A stretch of DNA of 63,478 nucleotides, the filler included, from Deltaproteobacteria bacterium (GTDB lineage Bacteria > Myxococcota > JACRCW01), in assembly GCA_016218805.1 (NCBI GenBank). It is 4 parts of 4 records of this genome, joined end to end, with 100 filler letters (N's around TTAATTAATTAA, not from the genome) between each part and the next. Parts side by side here need not be neighbours in the genome. Positions count along the whole stretch, not along the records: positions 59,062 to 63,478 come from JACRCW010000093.1; 3 more parts are not named here. One strand, written 5' to 3'. Every line of letters starts with the position of its first letter. Positions within the stretch are counted from its first letter, which is position 1. Made by a program: the position numbers and the translations under genes. The notes beneath the pieces are model-generated. The model worked only from the letters and a program-made list of their open reading frames with translations, was not told where the DNA came from and searched no databases. This document shows, piece by piece, positions 63,449 through 63,478 of this stretch.

Positions 63449-63478
63449 ATGGTGAACTTCGTTGCCCAGAACCTGTTC
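63449..63478 (+). CDS. Probable gene start (MVNFVAQNLF...), runs off window
   Basis: AGGGAGG RBS 8 nt upstream of the ATG. Confidence 0.4.
   Translation, partial: MVNFVAQNLF

Overview
High-GC bacterial sequence, most likely a Myxococcota (deltaproteobacterial) genome bin. This is inferred from an MglA-family GTPase, MJ0042 zinc-ribbon, PEGA, Cys-rich and choice-of-anchor-D lipoproteins, sigma54-type activators and a Ser/Thr kinase. The window is four contigs joined by artificial N/TTAATTAATTAA linkers (1-29181, 29282-37874, 37975-58961, 59062-63478), so adjacency across gaps means nothing. Contig 1 holds acyl-CoA metabolism (CoA transferase and an isobutyryl-CoA-type B12 mutase), DegP and pirin. 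It also has a ~10 kb minus-strand run in which a CCA-less tRNA-Leu(UAA) sits flush against an in-frame ATG of a histidine kinase coupled to a GAFTGA-less AAA+ response regulator. An orphan MglA paralogue, an M16 pair, AsmA, a kinase and a Cys-repeat gene cut by an ISL3-like element follow. Contig 2 holds a REP-like 43-bp hairpin array, an sthA/RNA-methyltransferase cluster and an orphan PhnD-like protein. Contig 3 holds a complete Wadjet-type jetABCD anti-plasmid operon beside integrase and antitoxin remnants, two coupled Ig-like lipoproteins, hydrolases and holB. Contig 4 holds an aldehyde dehydrogenase truncated by an apparent mobile-element end, an M61 peptidase and a DUF4389-like protein. 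All family calls come from motif recognition by eye; no searches were run, and many start codons are my own choices.
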